In this document: piece by piece, positions 30,601 to 45,600 of the stretch
Layout: each line of letters begins with the position of its first letter
How positions within the stretch are numbered: the first letter of the stretch is position 1
NCBI RefSeq assembly: GCF_036365525.1
Contig: NC_090380.1
Span: 72,591,757-72,655,756 of the forward strand
DNA from: Heterodontus francisci
Lineage: Eukaryota
DNA length: 64,000 nucleotides
Direction of reading: 5' to 3'
The notes under the pieces: model-generated
What the model was told of the DNA's origin: nothing
Seen by the model: only the letters and a program-made list of their open reading frames with translations
Database searches by the model: none
Translations under genes and position numbers: made by a program

Positions 30601-33600
30601 CTCGAGACAAGGAGGCCAATGGGTAAGCGCCTCGAGATGGTCAGTGGTTTGTGGAGCAGCGCCTGGAGTGGCTATAAAGGCCAATACTAGAGTGACAGAC
30701 TCTTCCACAGGTGCTGCAGATAAAATTGGTTGTCAAGGCTGTTACGCAGTTGGCTCACCCCTTGCGCTTCTGTCTTTTTTCCTGCCAACTGCGAAGTCTC
30801 TTCAAGTCGCCACACCTTAGCCCCGCCTTTATGGCTGCCCGCCAGCTCTGGCGATCACTGGCAACAGACTCCCACGACTTGTGATCAATGTCGCAGGACT
30901 TCATGTCGCGTTTGCAGGCGTCTTTAAAGCGGAGACATGGACGGCCGGTGGGTCTGATACCAATGGCGAGCTCGCTGTACAATGTGTCCTTGTGGATCCT
31001 GCCATCTTCCATGCGTCTCACATGGCCAAGCCATCTCAAGTGCCACTGGCTCCGTAGGGTGTATATGCTGGGGATGTTGGCCGCTGCGAGGACTTCTGTG
31101 TTGGAGATACGGTCCTGCCATCTGATGCCAAGGATTCTCCAGAGGCAGTGAAGATGGAATGAATTGAAACGTCGCTCTTGGCTGACATCCGTTGTACAGG
31201 CTTCACTGCCGTTGAGCAAGGTACTGAGGACATGGTCTTGATACACTCGGACTTTTGTGTTCCGTGTCAGTGCGCCATTTTTCCACACTCTCTTGGTCGG
31301 TCTGGACATAGCAGTGGAAGCCTTTCCCATGCGCTTGTTGATTTCTGCATCGAGAGACAGGTTACTGGTGTTAGTTGAGCCTAGGTAGGTGAACTCTTGA
31401 ACCACTTCCAGAGCGTGGTCGCCGATATTGATGGATGGAGCATTTCTGATGTCCTGTCCCATGATGTTCGTTTCCTTGAGTCTGATGGTTAGGCCAAATT
31501 CGTTGCAGGCAGCCGCAAACCTGTCGATGAGTCTCTGCAGACACTCTTCAGTGTGAGATGTTAATGCAGCATCGTCAGCAAAGAGGAGTTCCCTGATGAG
31601 GACTTTCCGTACTTTGGTCTTCGCTCTTAGACAGGCAAGGTTGAACAACCTGCCCTCTGATCTTGTGTGGAGGAAAATTCCTTCTTCTGAAGACTTGAAT
31701 GCATGTGAGAGCAGCAGGGGAGAAGAAGATCCCAAACAGTGTGGGTGCGAGAACACAGCCCTGTTTCACGCCGCTCAGGATAGGAAACGGGTCTGATGAG
31801 GCACCGCTATGCTGAATTGTGCCTTTCATATTGTCATGGAATGAGGTGATGATACTTAGTAGCTTTGGTGGACATCCGATCTTTTCTAGTAGTCTGAAGA
31901 GACCACGTCTGCTGACTAGGTCAAAGGCTTTGGTGAGACTTGCATTTTTCACTTGTGCCTTAACAGGTCGATATTTGCTCTGCCTTCCAGACTGACTCTG
32001 TTTCTCTTCTATATTTGACTGTGCATCACCTCTTACTATACCTCCACTCTGTATCCCACCCCCCGGCAAATTAGTTTAAACCGCCCCCAACAGCACTAGC
32101 AAACCTCCCAGCAAGGATGTTGGTCCCGTTCCGGTTCAGGTGCAACTTGTCCAATTTGTACAGGTCCCACCTTTGCCAGAAACAGTCCCAGTGATCCAGT
32201 CAACTAAAGCCCTCCCTCCTGCACCGTCTCCTCAGCCACGTATTCATCTGCTCTATCCTCCTATTCCTATACTCACTAGCACGTGGCACTCTGAGTAATC
32301 CAGAGATTACAACCTTTTGAGGTCCTGCTTTTTAATCTGCTACATAGCTCCCTAAATTCTTGTTGCAGGACCTCATCCCTCTTTCTACCTATGTCGTTGG
32401 TACCAATGTGTACCGTGACCTCTGACTGTTCACCCTCCCCCTTCAGAATGTCCTGCAGCCGCTCCATGACATCCTTGACCCTAGCACCAGGGAGGCAATA
32501 TACCATCCTGAAGTCACGTTTGCGGCCACAGAAATGCCTATCTGTACTCCTTACAATAGAATCCCCTACCACTATAGCTCTCCCACTCCTTTTCCTCCCT
32601 TCCTGTGCAGCTGAGCCACCTGTGGTGCCACAGACTTGGCTCTTGCTGCATTCCCCTGAGAAGCTATTCCCCCCCCCCCCCCCCCCACCCCAAACAGTAT
32701 CCAAAGCAGAAAATCTGTTGGAAAGGGAGATGGACCCAGGGGACTCCTGCACTACCTACCTAGTTCTTCTACTCTGCCTGGCGGTCACTCATTCCCTTTC
32801 TGTCTGAGCAGTCTTTACCTTCGGTGTGACCACCTCTCTGTACGTGCTATCCACGATGATTTCAGACTCGCGGATGCTCCACAATGTCTCCAGCCGCCAC
32901 TCCGGATCCGAAACACAGACTTCGAGTAGCTGCAGCTGGAGACACTTCCTGCACACGTGTTCACCCTGGACACTGGAAGTGTCCCTGACCTCTCACATTG
33001 CACAGCAAGGTAGTTACATTGGGTGGGAAAGGAGAATAGAAGAGCACTCCTGACATCAAGAAACTCACCACCTACAAGGAATATGCCACAGAGTTACTAG
33101 GGAGACACTGTGCTTTAGCTATGTGAGATGGTAAGGTCAGTAGAAGCGTTGACACCAGACTGGTGGGTGCATATCTACACACTGATTTCTGTTCCACTTT
33201 TCACTAATATTTTCACGACAAAATCTGGCAAAGATGGGCAAAAAGGAATGAAACAATGGCACACGTCATTGAGATGAATCTTCAAGTCATCCTCTTCAGC
33301 AAAGAATAGAAAAGCTGCTGAGTCTCAATGGGAGGAAGAAAAAGTTGTCTTATGTGGAGAGAGGGCAACTTTCTTGCTCCCAGAACTGCAGATCAGTGTT
33401 TCAAGAAAATCAGTGGCCTGATGAGGACAGGCATGATAACATACTGAATGCTTTCTCTTTTCGTCCTTGGGTATTAGCATGCTGTTTAGGTGCAACCTTA
33501 TACACCCTTTTGCATCTTTAAACCCATGGGAGTTATGCTCATCTGACCAGACCATCAATATCTTCCTGCAGCCTACAGCTATCCTCCTTGCTATCCACCA

Positions 33601-36600
33601 CATGGCCAATCTTTGTGTCGTCCGCAACCCTCTTGATCATGTCTCCTACATTTACGTCCAAGTTGTTAATATACACCACAGAAAACAGGGGACCCAGTAC
33701 TGAGCTCTGCGGAACGCCACTGGAAACAACCCTCCAGTCACTAAAACAGCCCTGATCAATTACCCTTTGTTTCCTGCCATTGAGCCAATTTTGTATCCAC
33801 CTTGCTGCATTTCCCTGGATTCCATAGGACTTTATTTTTTAACCAGTCTGCCATGTGGGACCTTGTCAAAAGCCTTGCTAAAATCCATGTAGACCATATC
33901 AACTGCACTACCCTCATCTATCTTCCTTGTTACTTCTTTGAAACATTTGATCAAGTTGGTCAAACAAGATCTTCCCTTAACAAATCCATGCTGACTATCC
34001 TTGATTAACCTGTGCCTTTCTAAGTGACAGTTTATCCTGTCTCTCAGAATAGATTCCAATAACTTGCCCACTACTGAGGTTAGACTGACTGACCTGTAAT
34101 TATTCGGTCTATCCTTCGTTCCCTTTTTAAACAGAGGTACAATGTTAGCAATTCTCCAATCTTCTGGCACCACACCTGTTTCCAGTGAGGACTGGAAAAT
34201 GATCATCAGGCCCTCTGCAATTTCCGCTCTTGCTGCTTTTAACAGCCTGGAATACATTTCATCTGGCCCTGGTGATTTATCAACTTTCAAGAATGCTAAT
34301 CCCATTAATACTTCCTCTCTCCCTATGTTTTTCACATCCAATACTTCACACTGTTCCTCCTTAACTACAATATCTGCATCATCCTCCTCTTTTGTGAAGA
34401 CTGACGCAAAGTATTCATTCAGAACCATACCAATGTCTTCCCCTCCTACACATGGGTTACCTTTTTGGTCTTTTATGGGCCCTACTCTCTCCTTAGTTAT
34501 CCTCTTACTCTTAATCTATTGTTACGACCAACCGCTCAAGTCAAAACCCTCAATCAAAATATATAATTCTGATTGTGGTGGGAGAAACGCACTGTTGATT
34601 CAGTCCCATCCCTCCACAGATTGCCTAACAGATCATTTTAAACATTCCAAATTTAAGAAAGACCCAGCCAAATTGTACCATCTATTGATCCCCAATTGAG
34701 GCTAACAAAACCAGATGTCTTCAGATCAATAAATTAACTGTTTAATTAGAAAAACTAAATTCTTAAACACTACTAAGATATAAACATTTAAAATAGAAAG
34801 AAAATTAGTGTTCTTGTAGATTTACGCACCTGCCAAAGTGAAATCTTCCAATGTGGAACAGTCCAAGGTTGCTTGAAGTTTTCACAGCCATCCGATGGGG
34901 GGAAAAAGGTTCTTCAACAGTAGAACAGTCTGTAGTCTAATTCAGCAGTTGAATTAATGCTCTTTTCCAGCAATGAATTTAGGAATTACAGTTCAGTAGT
35001 TAAAGGAATTTGGTTATTTTCTTTTAAGAAATTAATCTGGCTTGACATCAGAATTCTGAGAGTGTAATAAATTAGGTTTAAATAAACTGAGAGCTCTTGT
35101 TTTCTTCCGCATATGCTGGCAGACAGTCCATGCGTGTCTCTGTTAACTGTCTCAAAAACCAGTTTTTCAACTAGTTTCAAATGTCAATCGGCAGCAATGC
35201 ATCTCTCGATCCTTAGTCTCTGAGTGGCTGTATCCCAGGGCAACCAGAATGCACTCTTTGAATCACAGTCCCTGGAGCTTGCTGCCTTAAAGCAGTACTG
35301 ATCCTGTTATAGCCTTAAAGGCACACTGCATACTTCCCAGAAAAGAAAAAAAAAACTACAGGATCATAACAGTATTGATAAAACATCTTTTGGGTTCACC
35401 TTGATTTTCCTTGCCAATATTCTTTCATGGCCTCTCTTTGCTTTCCTAATTTCCTTTTTGATTTGTGACTTTCATAGCCACAAACAGCTGTCAGGGCAGA
35501 TGACCATACCTGCCAGTCCTCTATGCAGCTTTCCTATTGCCCCTGTGGGTATTTGCATCCTTCAATACACATCCACTCACTAAAGTCTTCATAGGATTTG
35601 TGCTACACATATATTCTTTGTGTGGAGGGGGAGTTAATAACTTGAGGGGTGCTGCCACACTCTGCTTCCCTCCATCCTCTCTTGTTCATCTTCCTTCACA
35701 GTAATGACATACACAGATATGTTCATAGGGAATGGCAAATCTGCTCCTGAGAACCAGTCCCTGTGGAGGGAGAGGGAAACAAAATATAGTGGTCTTGTAT
35801 TCCCACAGACAGTCAGGAGCAAGTCCAAGGCTCACGGCAGGAAAATAAATTACTCAAACATTTCCAGCTGCAATAATCGTTACTGATAATCATCAGCTGC
35901 CCTCAGGCTCAAAAGCTCTTCACATTCACCAGCGCCAGCTGATCCTAGTGGCAGCTGTCCCTTTTTAAATTTGTTTTTGGGGTTGGTGCTGGTAAGGGCT
36001 CATTATTACTTATTCCTATTTTTCCTGGAAAGCTGGTGGTGGGCCTTGTCCTAGAACTGCTTGTGTGCAATTCTTGTGGTAGTGGTGTTCCCACAAAGTG
36101 TTAAAGAGGGACTTCCAGGTGTTACAAGAGTTTTGTTTTTTATTTGTAAGTTTAGAATTCTGTGTGTTTTTAAAAGACTGAGAAAAGGGATTTTCTGTGA
36201 ACATTGAATGCTGAAACTTGGTGTTTGAACTGAGTGGGACAGACTGCAAGACACCCATTCCAAACAACAGCAAGGGGAAATGACAGGTCACATGACTTGA
36301 TTGTTAGAGTATCAGTTTCACTTTTGCTTTGTGAAAGACCAGTGCTGGACAGGCAGGAGGCAGAACAAACTGGCTGGGACCTATTTTTTCTGACCAGAGA
36401 AAAAGACCTCTCCCTGAAAAAGGTTTGCCTCTCTTTTTAAAAAAAAAAAGATATTCTACATTTGAGGTGGTGGTTGTGGTCTGCATGGAGAGAGGAAAAA
36501 GAACCCTGGAAAGGAAAAGACCCTGGAAAAGAGGAGTTGCTGTTTTCTGTGGAGAAAGGCTCCCAAGCTGAGAGGAAGCCCTGCATTTTAAAAGGTGGCA

Positions 36601-39600
36601 AATTCTTATGCCTCCATTCTCTGAAAAATCTCTGCCTCAGGAGCGATTCTTGTTGCCTCTTATGTTTTGGGAGATCCTGAAAGCTCAAGAAAGCTTCTAT
36701 TGCTAGACTGCCATTTCAAAACCCAAATAGACCTATTGCTACACCCTTTATTGAAAGGTCTGTGTGGTGCCTGCTGCAAATGAAGTGCCATGAATGCCTG
36801 CCCATCACAGACTGTTCATCAACCTCTCCTGGAGAGACTTCGAGTGGTATCTGATGATTCGACTCCGGGACACCTCACCGCCCCAGAAATACCCTACCAG
36901 AAAGTGACAACCTAATTATTTTATTATTCCTATGAAACAGTTGTAATCCAAAACATCCTTTTATAACCGGATAACCGTTTTTTTTTTAATGTGTGTATAT
37001 GTGTGTATATGCATGAGGGTTCAGAAGAATAAGAAGTTCGAAAGGAATCCTTTCACGTATAGAGTTATCTCATTATTGTTTAAAACTTAGTTTATGAATA
37101 AATGGTTAATTTTGTTATTGTTCAAAGAAATCTGTGCTTTATTCTGGGGGACAAATAGTGATTAATTTGGCTATTTTCCATTGGGTGGGAAACTTTACTA
37201 ATATGTTATGACCTGTGGAGTAGTGGGACTGAATTAACAGTGCATTACTCCCGCCTTAGTTGTAGCACAGGATATTGACAGAGGGAAGATGAAGAAATAG
37301 TGATATAAGTCTAAGTCAGGATGGTGTATCAATTGGAAGGGAACTTGGAGGTGATGGCGTTTCCACCAGATTATGGCTCTTGTCCTTCTCAGTAACAGGA
37401 AATGTTGTTGGAGTCACCTTGGTGAGTTACTGCAATATATCCTATGGATTGTATATACTGTATTGTGCTGGTAGTGAAAGGGATGGATTTTAAGTCCAGC
37501 AGCTGGATCAGCAATCAAATGAACTGCTTTTGGCTGGATAGTCTCGAGCATCTTGCTGCTGTTGCCACATCCATACAGGCAAGTGGTGAATATGCTATCA
37601 CATTCCTGACTTGAGCTTTGTAAATGTTATGGGGATGTGCTACTCATCACAGCAAATTGACTGTTGTGCTTGCCCGCAATACAGGAGTGACTATAATTCA
37701 AAGATAAATCATTGGCTGTAAAGGGCTTTAGGACATCCTGAGCGTATGAGGTGCCATGTAAAATACTCTTTTCTCTTCTCTTTCAAATTCACTCACCAAT
37801 GTTTTCCATGTCTGCCAATTTGATTGTAGTGGAATCAATATCTGAATTAGACTCTACATGTAGCTATTACCTGTCATGCGCCGACCTTGAGAGGACCACC
37901 TTAAGAGTTGTAAGTAAAGATTACCAGACGAAGTGATGACGCATCACACATGACCAGGCAGTTGTGGGTGGAGCCCAGCAGAGTGAGATTTATTCAGATG
38001 TGATTCATGCAGTAACTGTGAAGTTATAATAAAACCCACATTTTCTTTGGATATTACTTGCAGTCCTGTAAATCTTACAATGGTTCCTACACCAAAGGGA
38101 CAAGTAATATTACATTATCTTGTGCTGTCTTTTACATTCCCAGTTTCAATAGTTTCTGGTACAAACAAATTGAATGTTGAGGCCATATTTGCCATTTTGT
38201 TGCATGTAACTATTATTGATCATTTCTCTCTCAGCGTAATAATTTCTCAGTGGACCAGCATGCTGCATGTGGTGGCAGGCCACTTGGATCGAATCAGTCT
38301 GAGCTATATTACTCTGGATGGCTCTGTGACTCCTAAACGTCGTATGGATTTGGTGGAGGAATTTAATACTAACCCTAAAGGACCTCAGGTACCAGCTGGT
38401 TGCCATTTTGGGTTGTCTTAAGGAAAAAGAACCATAGATTCAGAATACTAAGGGAGCTTTGTTTTCTTTCCAATTTTCTTCCCTGATGATGCTAATAAGT
38501 GGTAACGTGCAGTTGTTGATATCCCTCTAGTACCTTGCAGATTTGTAATCTTTAAGTAAGGTTAGGCTAGATTTAACTTTGGTACATGTACCTTCCTTCC
38601 CCTTATCCCTGGCAAATATCTTTCTAAATACTTACCATCTAACCTCACATATGAAGAATGGATGCTTGGATCAGGTACTAGAATGCTGGTGATACCTATG
38701 TTATCATACTCAGCATAAGTCGTCATCTTTGAGAGGTGGAAAGAAAATTGGACAATAAAATTCTTAACTTTAATGCAGCCCATTCTTGAAATTCCTGATA
38801 TGTAAACCACTGTGTAAAATGTAAACATCCTGTTATGATCCCCCAGGAGACCAACAAACCAAAAGAACCCAATAAGAAAATGCTCAGTGGACAAGATTTC
38901 ACTTTTATAACTTTTAATTTAACAATCAAACCACAATCAACATGAATTAAACATGAATTATTAGTAATTCACGGTCAAGATATTACAAATTACACATTTG
39001 GTATCAGAGACGACAACCTGGATCGCAAGGATTTACTAGGTGGTCCATTGAGCAGTTATGGTACCAAAGTACAGTCCCACAGTTCTTCAAAACCCTGAAA
39101 TTCCTCAGGTAAGTCTCTAGATCCTGTCTTCCAAAATGCCGACGCAATTCCCCACTGACAGTGGTTTTGTTTTAATCTCGAACTCCACAGGTACAGTCTT
39201 CACCAAAAGAAATATGCTGTACTTCTCCAGGACTTCCTCAGTTCTCCTTTTGACAGGCTTGATGGCATGGATTCCCAGTGTAACCTTTATTTGTGCCATT
39301 CAATGACATCCATGTGTCCTGTATGGCTGGGTCTGGTTAATCAGCTCCTCTTAAAAAAAAAACTGAAACCGCTCCTGGATCAATTCTTCTCTTTCTTCAA
39401 CCTGCCTGTTAAAAAAAAACCTTTCTGCTGTCTAAATTTGGATAACACTGTCTCACTGTTTTATCTGGTTCCAACCAACCTTCGCAACCTGAAGTATTTG
39501 TTTTCAGTTTCTGTTGGGACATTCTGTTCCCAAAACATGAAAAAAATCTTTGCAAACCAGGGTTAGTGCACCTGCCAGAGCATTCGACAAGCCATTTGTT

Positions 39601-42600
39601 CAGATAACAGTTAGTACTTGTTTCCCCATGCAGACTGCAGATACCATCACACATCCACTACTAAAAATGTATACAAGTTCAGTCTGATGACATGTTGGGA
39701 ATTCTACTGATATAGTCAAATATACTTGGTTAAATCACTCTTTCTTATGTGCACTGTTTATTTAAATATGAAGGTCCTTCACTTAAACCTGAATTTTCAG
39801 TAATGTGTTCTTTCTAAGAATTGATTATCTTGCGAACGCTTCATTTCTAAATACTTTCCCTTTTATCACAGGTCATGTTGGTTTCTCTGTGTGCTGGGGG
39901 TGTGGGTTTGAATCTCATTGGAGGCAACCACCTCTTCCTGTTAGATATGCACTGGTAAGATTAAGGATCAGCAGTACTGGAGATAGACTATATTAAAATG
40001 TGATATTGAAAGGCATGACATCTCCTTGCTGCTGGTATGTGCATGTAGATAGTTTTATACTGCTGCTTTCAAAAAATAAATATCTGATTTCAAACATTTT
40101 AGTTGTCAATGTATTAATTCTTATTAACACTTCAAATTTGTAGCTGGCAATAATGTTATGATTTACAGAAATCATTAGATCGAAGTGACCAAATAATTAG
40201 GATGTCTTGCTTCAATCTCATTAGCATCATTGATCAATGCATTCCTTTAACAAATGCTTTTTAAAGATGGGACTTAAGGAGCTGAACTTCCTCATTTGTA
40301 ATAATCATTTGGTTCTTAAATTCATGAGAACATTCTCCCTTTTATTTCATTAGTGCAACTAGTTTTCCCCTTTCTTTAGATTTTTCTCTTGACTCCTATT
40401 CCGCTTGCACCTGTATCACACACTGCTTTATGTTTGCAGGCAGATAGTAACATAACTCCAGGCCTCAACCAATGCTGCTCTAATCACAAAAGAATCCTTT
40501 GTTGACTCTCTTGGGTTTATTTGAAATGTTTTTTTCCTCACTGTTACTAGTGAAGCCATCTCTGATCAGTGCTTGTGCCCCCTCCCATAGCTGAGCTGAA
40601 ACTGGGGAGTTCTCAGGGACCTGTGTCCTACTATTTCAGAGCAGGGTAGCTGTAATTAACCAAATTCAGATAATCATATTAGCATAATTGAGACACCAAA
40701 TTATATAACTTAATCTGTTGATAATGTGGATTGTTTATGAAAACAACACTAATGGGAGGTGGTATGCCTATAATGTGAATAATGTATCTTTTTGTTCAAA
40801 CTCCCTTACATTTTATTTGTTCCATGGTAGCAACTGCATGATTGCAGGGGGTGTTCACAGATTTGCTAGTTTGTCAAAAATATCTTGATGCATCTAAAAT
40901 TTAATCTAAAATTAAAATTAATGGAGTCAACAAAATATATTGATTTATTGATAATTGTACTTTTGTACTCTAGTCAGGTCACATTCATGTATGCACCCAA
41001 TTGTGTTTTCAGGAACCCAGCACTGGAGGAGCAGGCATCTGATCGTATTTATCGTGTAGGGCAGTGCAAGAACGTCACTGTGCACAGGTAACTGAAAAGA
41101 CATCAAACTAGAGATCCTGTATTCCCTTTCTGAGCAAGTGGAAATGAATGGAAAGGATAAATACAAATCATTTATTTTAGTTTTGCATGACACCATTCAA
41201 AATAAAATACAATAATTATATTCAAACAAACATCTGCAATGTTTTTTAATAAAGCACCTGCTGGTTCATGAATCTGTCCTATTGTATATTTCAAACAGCT
41301 TCACAAATCAGGAAGAGGGGCACCTGGCAGCCACTTCCATGACTATGCAAAATCCTAAAATTTCTCTTGGAATAATTTCTCTTCGGGTTTCCTGAGTTGC
41401 TGCTTAGAATTGAAACTTAAAAATGAAAGGAACTGTGAGCCTACATATTTACTTCTTCAAATATTTTTACAAATATACTTGTTACATTGACTTTAAATTT
41501 AGAATATTGGGAATAAGCCAGATATACCAGGTGTGGGCTGAAGAGCAGCTGAGAGGGAGAAGGGCAGCAGTAAGAGAACCTTGAGAATTCAATTTAATAC
41601 TACAGTTATGATGAAAGCAGAGTTGTTTTAATGGGAGTCTTCAGTACTTTTTTATAGATTGGGGAAGAGCAGAGTAGCTCGAGTTAAAAAGCTAGTGAAT
41701 GTTTTTGAGTGCATTCAACATAGTTTTCTGAAGCAATATCTTCTGGAACTGACAAGAGGGCAGGCCACATTAGATTTAGTAACGAGCAAAACTTAGATAA
41801 ATGTTCCCTTACTTTTAGATTATTATCTAACAATGATGATAATATGATTAGATTCAATGTTTGAACACAGTAATACAGTTACTAAGATTCTAGATTTTGG
41901 TAAGGCTAACTTTAACAGGATGAGACAAATACTAACGAAAGCAAGCTGGTCAAAACTGTTAGTGGGTAAAACTACAGATGAACAGGTGGCGATCTTCAAA
42001 AAAGAACTTGGCTTAATACAGGACCAGGAAATATCCCTAAAGGGCAGAAGCTCTACTTATCAAATAAAACAGCCATGGTTGACAAAAGAGGTGGGAGATA
42101 ACAAGACTAAAGGAAAGAGCATGCAAACTACAAAGAATAGTGTAGATCCAGGGGACTGGAAGAGAGGCAAAGGAAAACAAAAAGGATAGAGCTGCAAAAA
42201 TGAATATGAAAAGTAACTTGCGAGGAATATCAAGATTAAGGCAAAGTTTTTCATTGATATTAGAGGGAAAGGGTAATGTGGGTATTTAAAAACAGATACG
42301 GGTGATATTGCAACTGAAAATAAAGGCCGGAATTTTAGATCCCCCTCCCCGCCAAAGAGCGGGTTGGTGGCAATGGCGGGCATAAAATGTAGTGGGAGGC
42401 TCGGGGGCGCCCTTCCTGACCTGCTTTTGCCTCCGCTGCCATTTTCTGCAGGGTGGCGGCGACGAAGACTGGCCCGCCTGCCCCAGACCAATTAAAGGTC
42501 TTAAGGGCCTCCACCTGCCGCCGCGGGCTTTTGATACTTGGCCGGTCAGGTCTGAGAAAAGCAGCCTGACAAAAGCAGGTGGTTTTCCGATGCCCTGGGG

Positions 42601-45600
42601 GGTGGGGGGCTCATGATCGGGCACCCTGTGCCTGCCAAGAGGGCCGCCCCCAATGCCCGAACCACACCCAACAGCACCCCACCCCATCCCCCCCGTCCCC
42701 CCAGTTGACCACCCTTACCTCGCTGGGGACCGACTGATCACCCCCTGCGAGACCCCAAAAACTTACCTTTTCCCGGGGCTGTCCTTCCACTGATTGGCCA
42801 GCAGCTCCATTAGGCGGGACTTACTGCTTCAGTGAGGTGGAAGTCCTGCCTCAGACCAGTTAAGGGCCTGGGGACCGTAAAATGCGGTCCGCAGGTCAGT
42901 CAGTGGACGGCTCCCGTCAGATGAAAGTGAAATTCCGGCCAAGGAAATGGTAATAGAGGAAGAGAATATACCTGACATTCCATGGAAACTAATAATGGCA
43001 TGAACTCACTAAAGTTAAAGTAAGCAAGAAAGCAATACCAGAAAAAGTAATGACACTAAAAACTGACCGATCCCCAGGACCTGATGATTTCCACCCCAGA
43101 GTTTTAAAAGAAGTAGGTGCGGGAATTGCAGTTGCTGTATCCATAATCTTTCAAAGCTCTTTAATTTCTGGAACTGTCCCTTTCAGATTGGAAAATTGCA
43201 AATGTAACTCCAAAATTTAAGACAAGCATCGAGAAGTAAATAAAGTAGTAGGCGAATGTCTATGCTTGTGGCTAATATGAAGACATTCAGTAAGGTTCCA
43301 CATAAGAGCCTTAGCTAAAATTAAAGCTCATGGAATTGAAGCCATTTATTGGCCTGGCTAGGAGACTAGTTAGGTGGTAGAAAAGAGAGTAGGATAATGG
43401 TATGTACTCGAATTGGAGGAAGTAAATAGTGATGTCCAATAAGGATCTGTTCTGGGGCATCAGCTATTCACAATATTTGTTAATAACTTGACTAACACCA
43501 TAAAATGCCATATATCCAAGTTTGGCGATGACATAAATATACATGACATGGTAAGTAGTGTAGACAGGAGCATAAATTTACAAAGAAACATTAATTGAGT
43601 GTGCAAAATTGTGGCAGATGGATTTCAACACAGGCAAGTGTGAGGTCATCCATTTTGGACCAAAATTGAAAAGGTCTGAGGATTTTTTAAATGGATAACA
43701 GCCTAGGAATGGTATTGATCCAAAGAGGGGGTCCATGTACTAAAATGGGTTCTGATGTAAGGTCACAGACTTGAAATGTTAGCTCTGCTTCTCTTTACAG
43801 ATGCTGCCAGACCTGCTAAGTATTCCCAGCACTTTGTTTTTATTTTGGATTTCCAGCATCTGTAGTATTTTGCTTTATTAAACTGTCAGATATGAAACAA
43901 TAATCAAAAAGGTTAATGAAATGTTAGCCTTTATATCTAGGGGAGCTAGAATATAGAGGGGAGGAGGTTTTGCTCCAGCTATTCAAAGCCCTGGTTAGAT
44001 CACATTGAGAACTGTGTACAGTTCAGGGCATCACACCTTAGGATATATTGCCCTTGGAAGAAGTGCAGTACAAATTTACCAGAATGTTACCAAGGCTCAA
44101 GGGGTTAAATTATGAGCGATTGCATACACTAGGCTTGGATTCCTGGAAAATAAAAGGTTAAGAGGAAGTTTAATTTAAGGTTTTAGGATTTTGAAAGGAA
44201 TTGATAGGGTAATGGAGAGAAACCTTTTCCACTGGTTGGGAGTCTAAGACGAGGGGAGATCAGCTTAAAATCAGAGCCAGGCCTTTCAGGGGGGAAGTTA
44301 GGAAACACATGATCACGCAAAGGGTGGCAGAATTGTGGAATTCTGTCACACAAAGCAGCAAATGCTAGAATAGTTATTTAATTATGAATTTCAGATCAAT
44401 AGATTTTTACTAGTCAAGGATATTTGGAGCCAAGGCCAGTAAATGGAGCAGGATACAGATCAACCAAGATTTCATTGCATGGCGGATTCTGCTCAAAAGG
44501 CTGAATAGCCTGTTATTGTTCCGATGTAAATCATGCTTGAAAATTAGAATACTAATTGCAACTTTTGGATCAGTTTGTGCCATAGTCATAAATCACTTTA
44601 GTATCTGCAATCTCAGTTTTTTTTTAAATGCTAATTTGAGTTCATGTACAGAAAACTGTCTGCATCAGGGTCTCAGGCCTTGTTGATCAGGACAGATAAT
44701 GTGTTTCAGGTCAGGATGATAATCTGCGTCCCTGAAAATATAGCATTCTATCTGGGTTAAAGTGTCATTGAATCAATGTCAATTTACGATAAGGTGCCAC
44801 ATAAAAGGCTATTGCACAAAATAGGAGGTCAGGGCATTGGGGGTAATGTGTTGGTGTGGATTGAGGATTGGCTAACACACAGAAGGCAGAGAGTCACGAT
44901 CGATGGGCCTTTTTCAGGTTGGAAAGCCATAACTAGTGGGGTGCCACAAGGATCGGTCCTAGAACCTCAACTATTTATTTACTATCTATATTAATGACTT
45001 GGAGGAAGGGAGGGGGTGTAGTGTATCCAAATTTGCTGACAATACAAAAATAGGTGGGAAGGCATGTTGTGATGAGGACACAAAGAATCTGCAAAGGGAT
45101 ATAGATAGGTTAAGTGAGCAGATGGTGTTCAATGTGAGAAAGTGTGAGGTAATCCACTTTGGTAGGAAGAATAAAAAGGCAGATTATTATTTAGATGGAG
45201 AAAGACTACAAAATACTGCAGTACAGAGGGATCTGGGTGTTCTTGTGCATGAAACACAAAAGATTAGCATGCAGGTGCAGCAAGTAATTAGGAAGGCAAA
45301 TGGAATTTTGGCCTTTATTGCTAGGGGGTTAGAGTTTAGAAATAGGGAAGTCTTGTTACAACTGTACAGGGTGTTGGTGAGGCCACACTTGGAGTACTGC
45401 ATACAGTTTTGGTCCCCGTATTTAAGGAAGGATATACTAGCATTGTAGGCAGTTCAGAAAAGGTTCACTTGGCTGATCCCTGGGACGAAGGAGTTGTCTT
45501 ATCAAGAACGACTAAATAGGTTAGGCCTTTATTCATTGGAGTTTAGAAGAATGAGAGGTGATCTTATTGAAACATACAAGATTCTGAGGGGGCTTGACAA

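Larger units (their letters stand above)
41690..44530 (+). mobile_element. Heavily decayed CR1 with nested MITE and Penelope-derived element
   Basis: [24 protein letters not shown] motifs; CR1 tail at ~44500. Confidence 0.75.
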
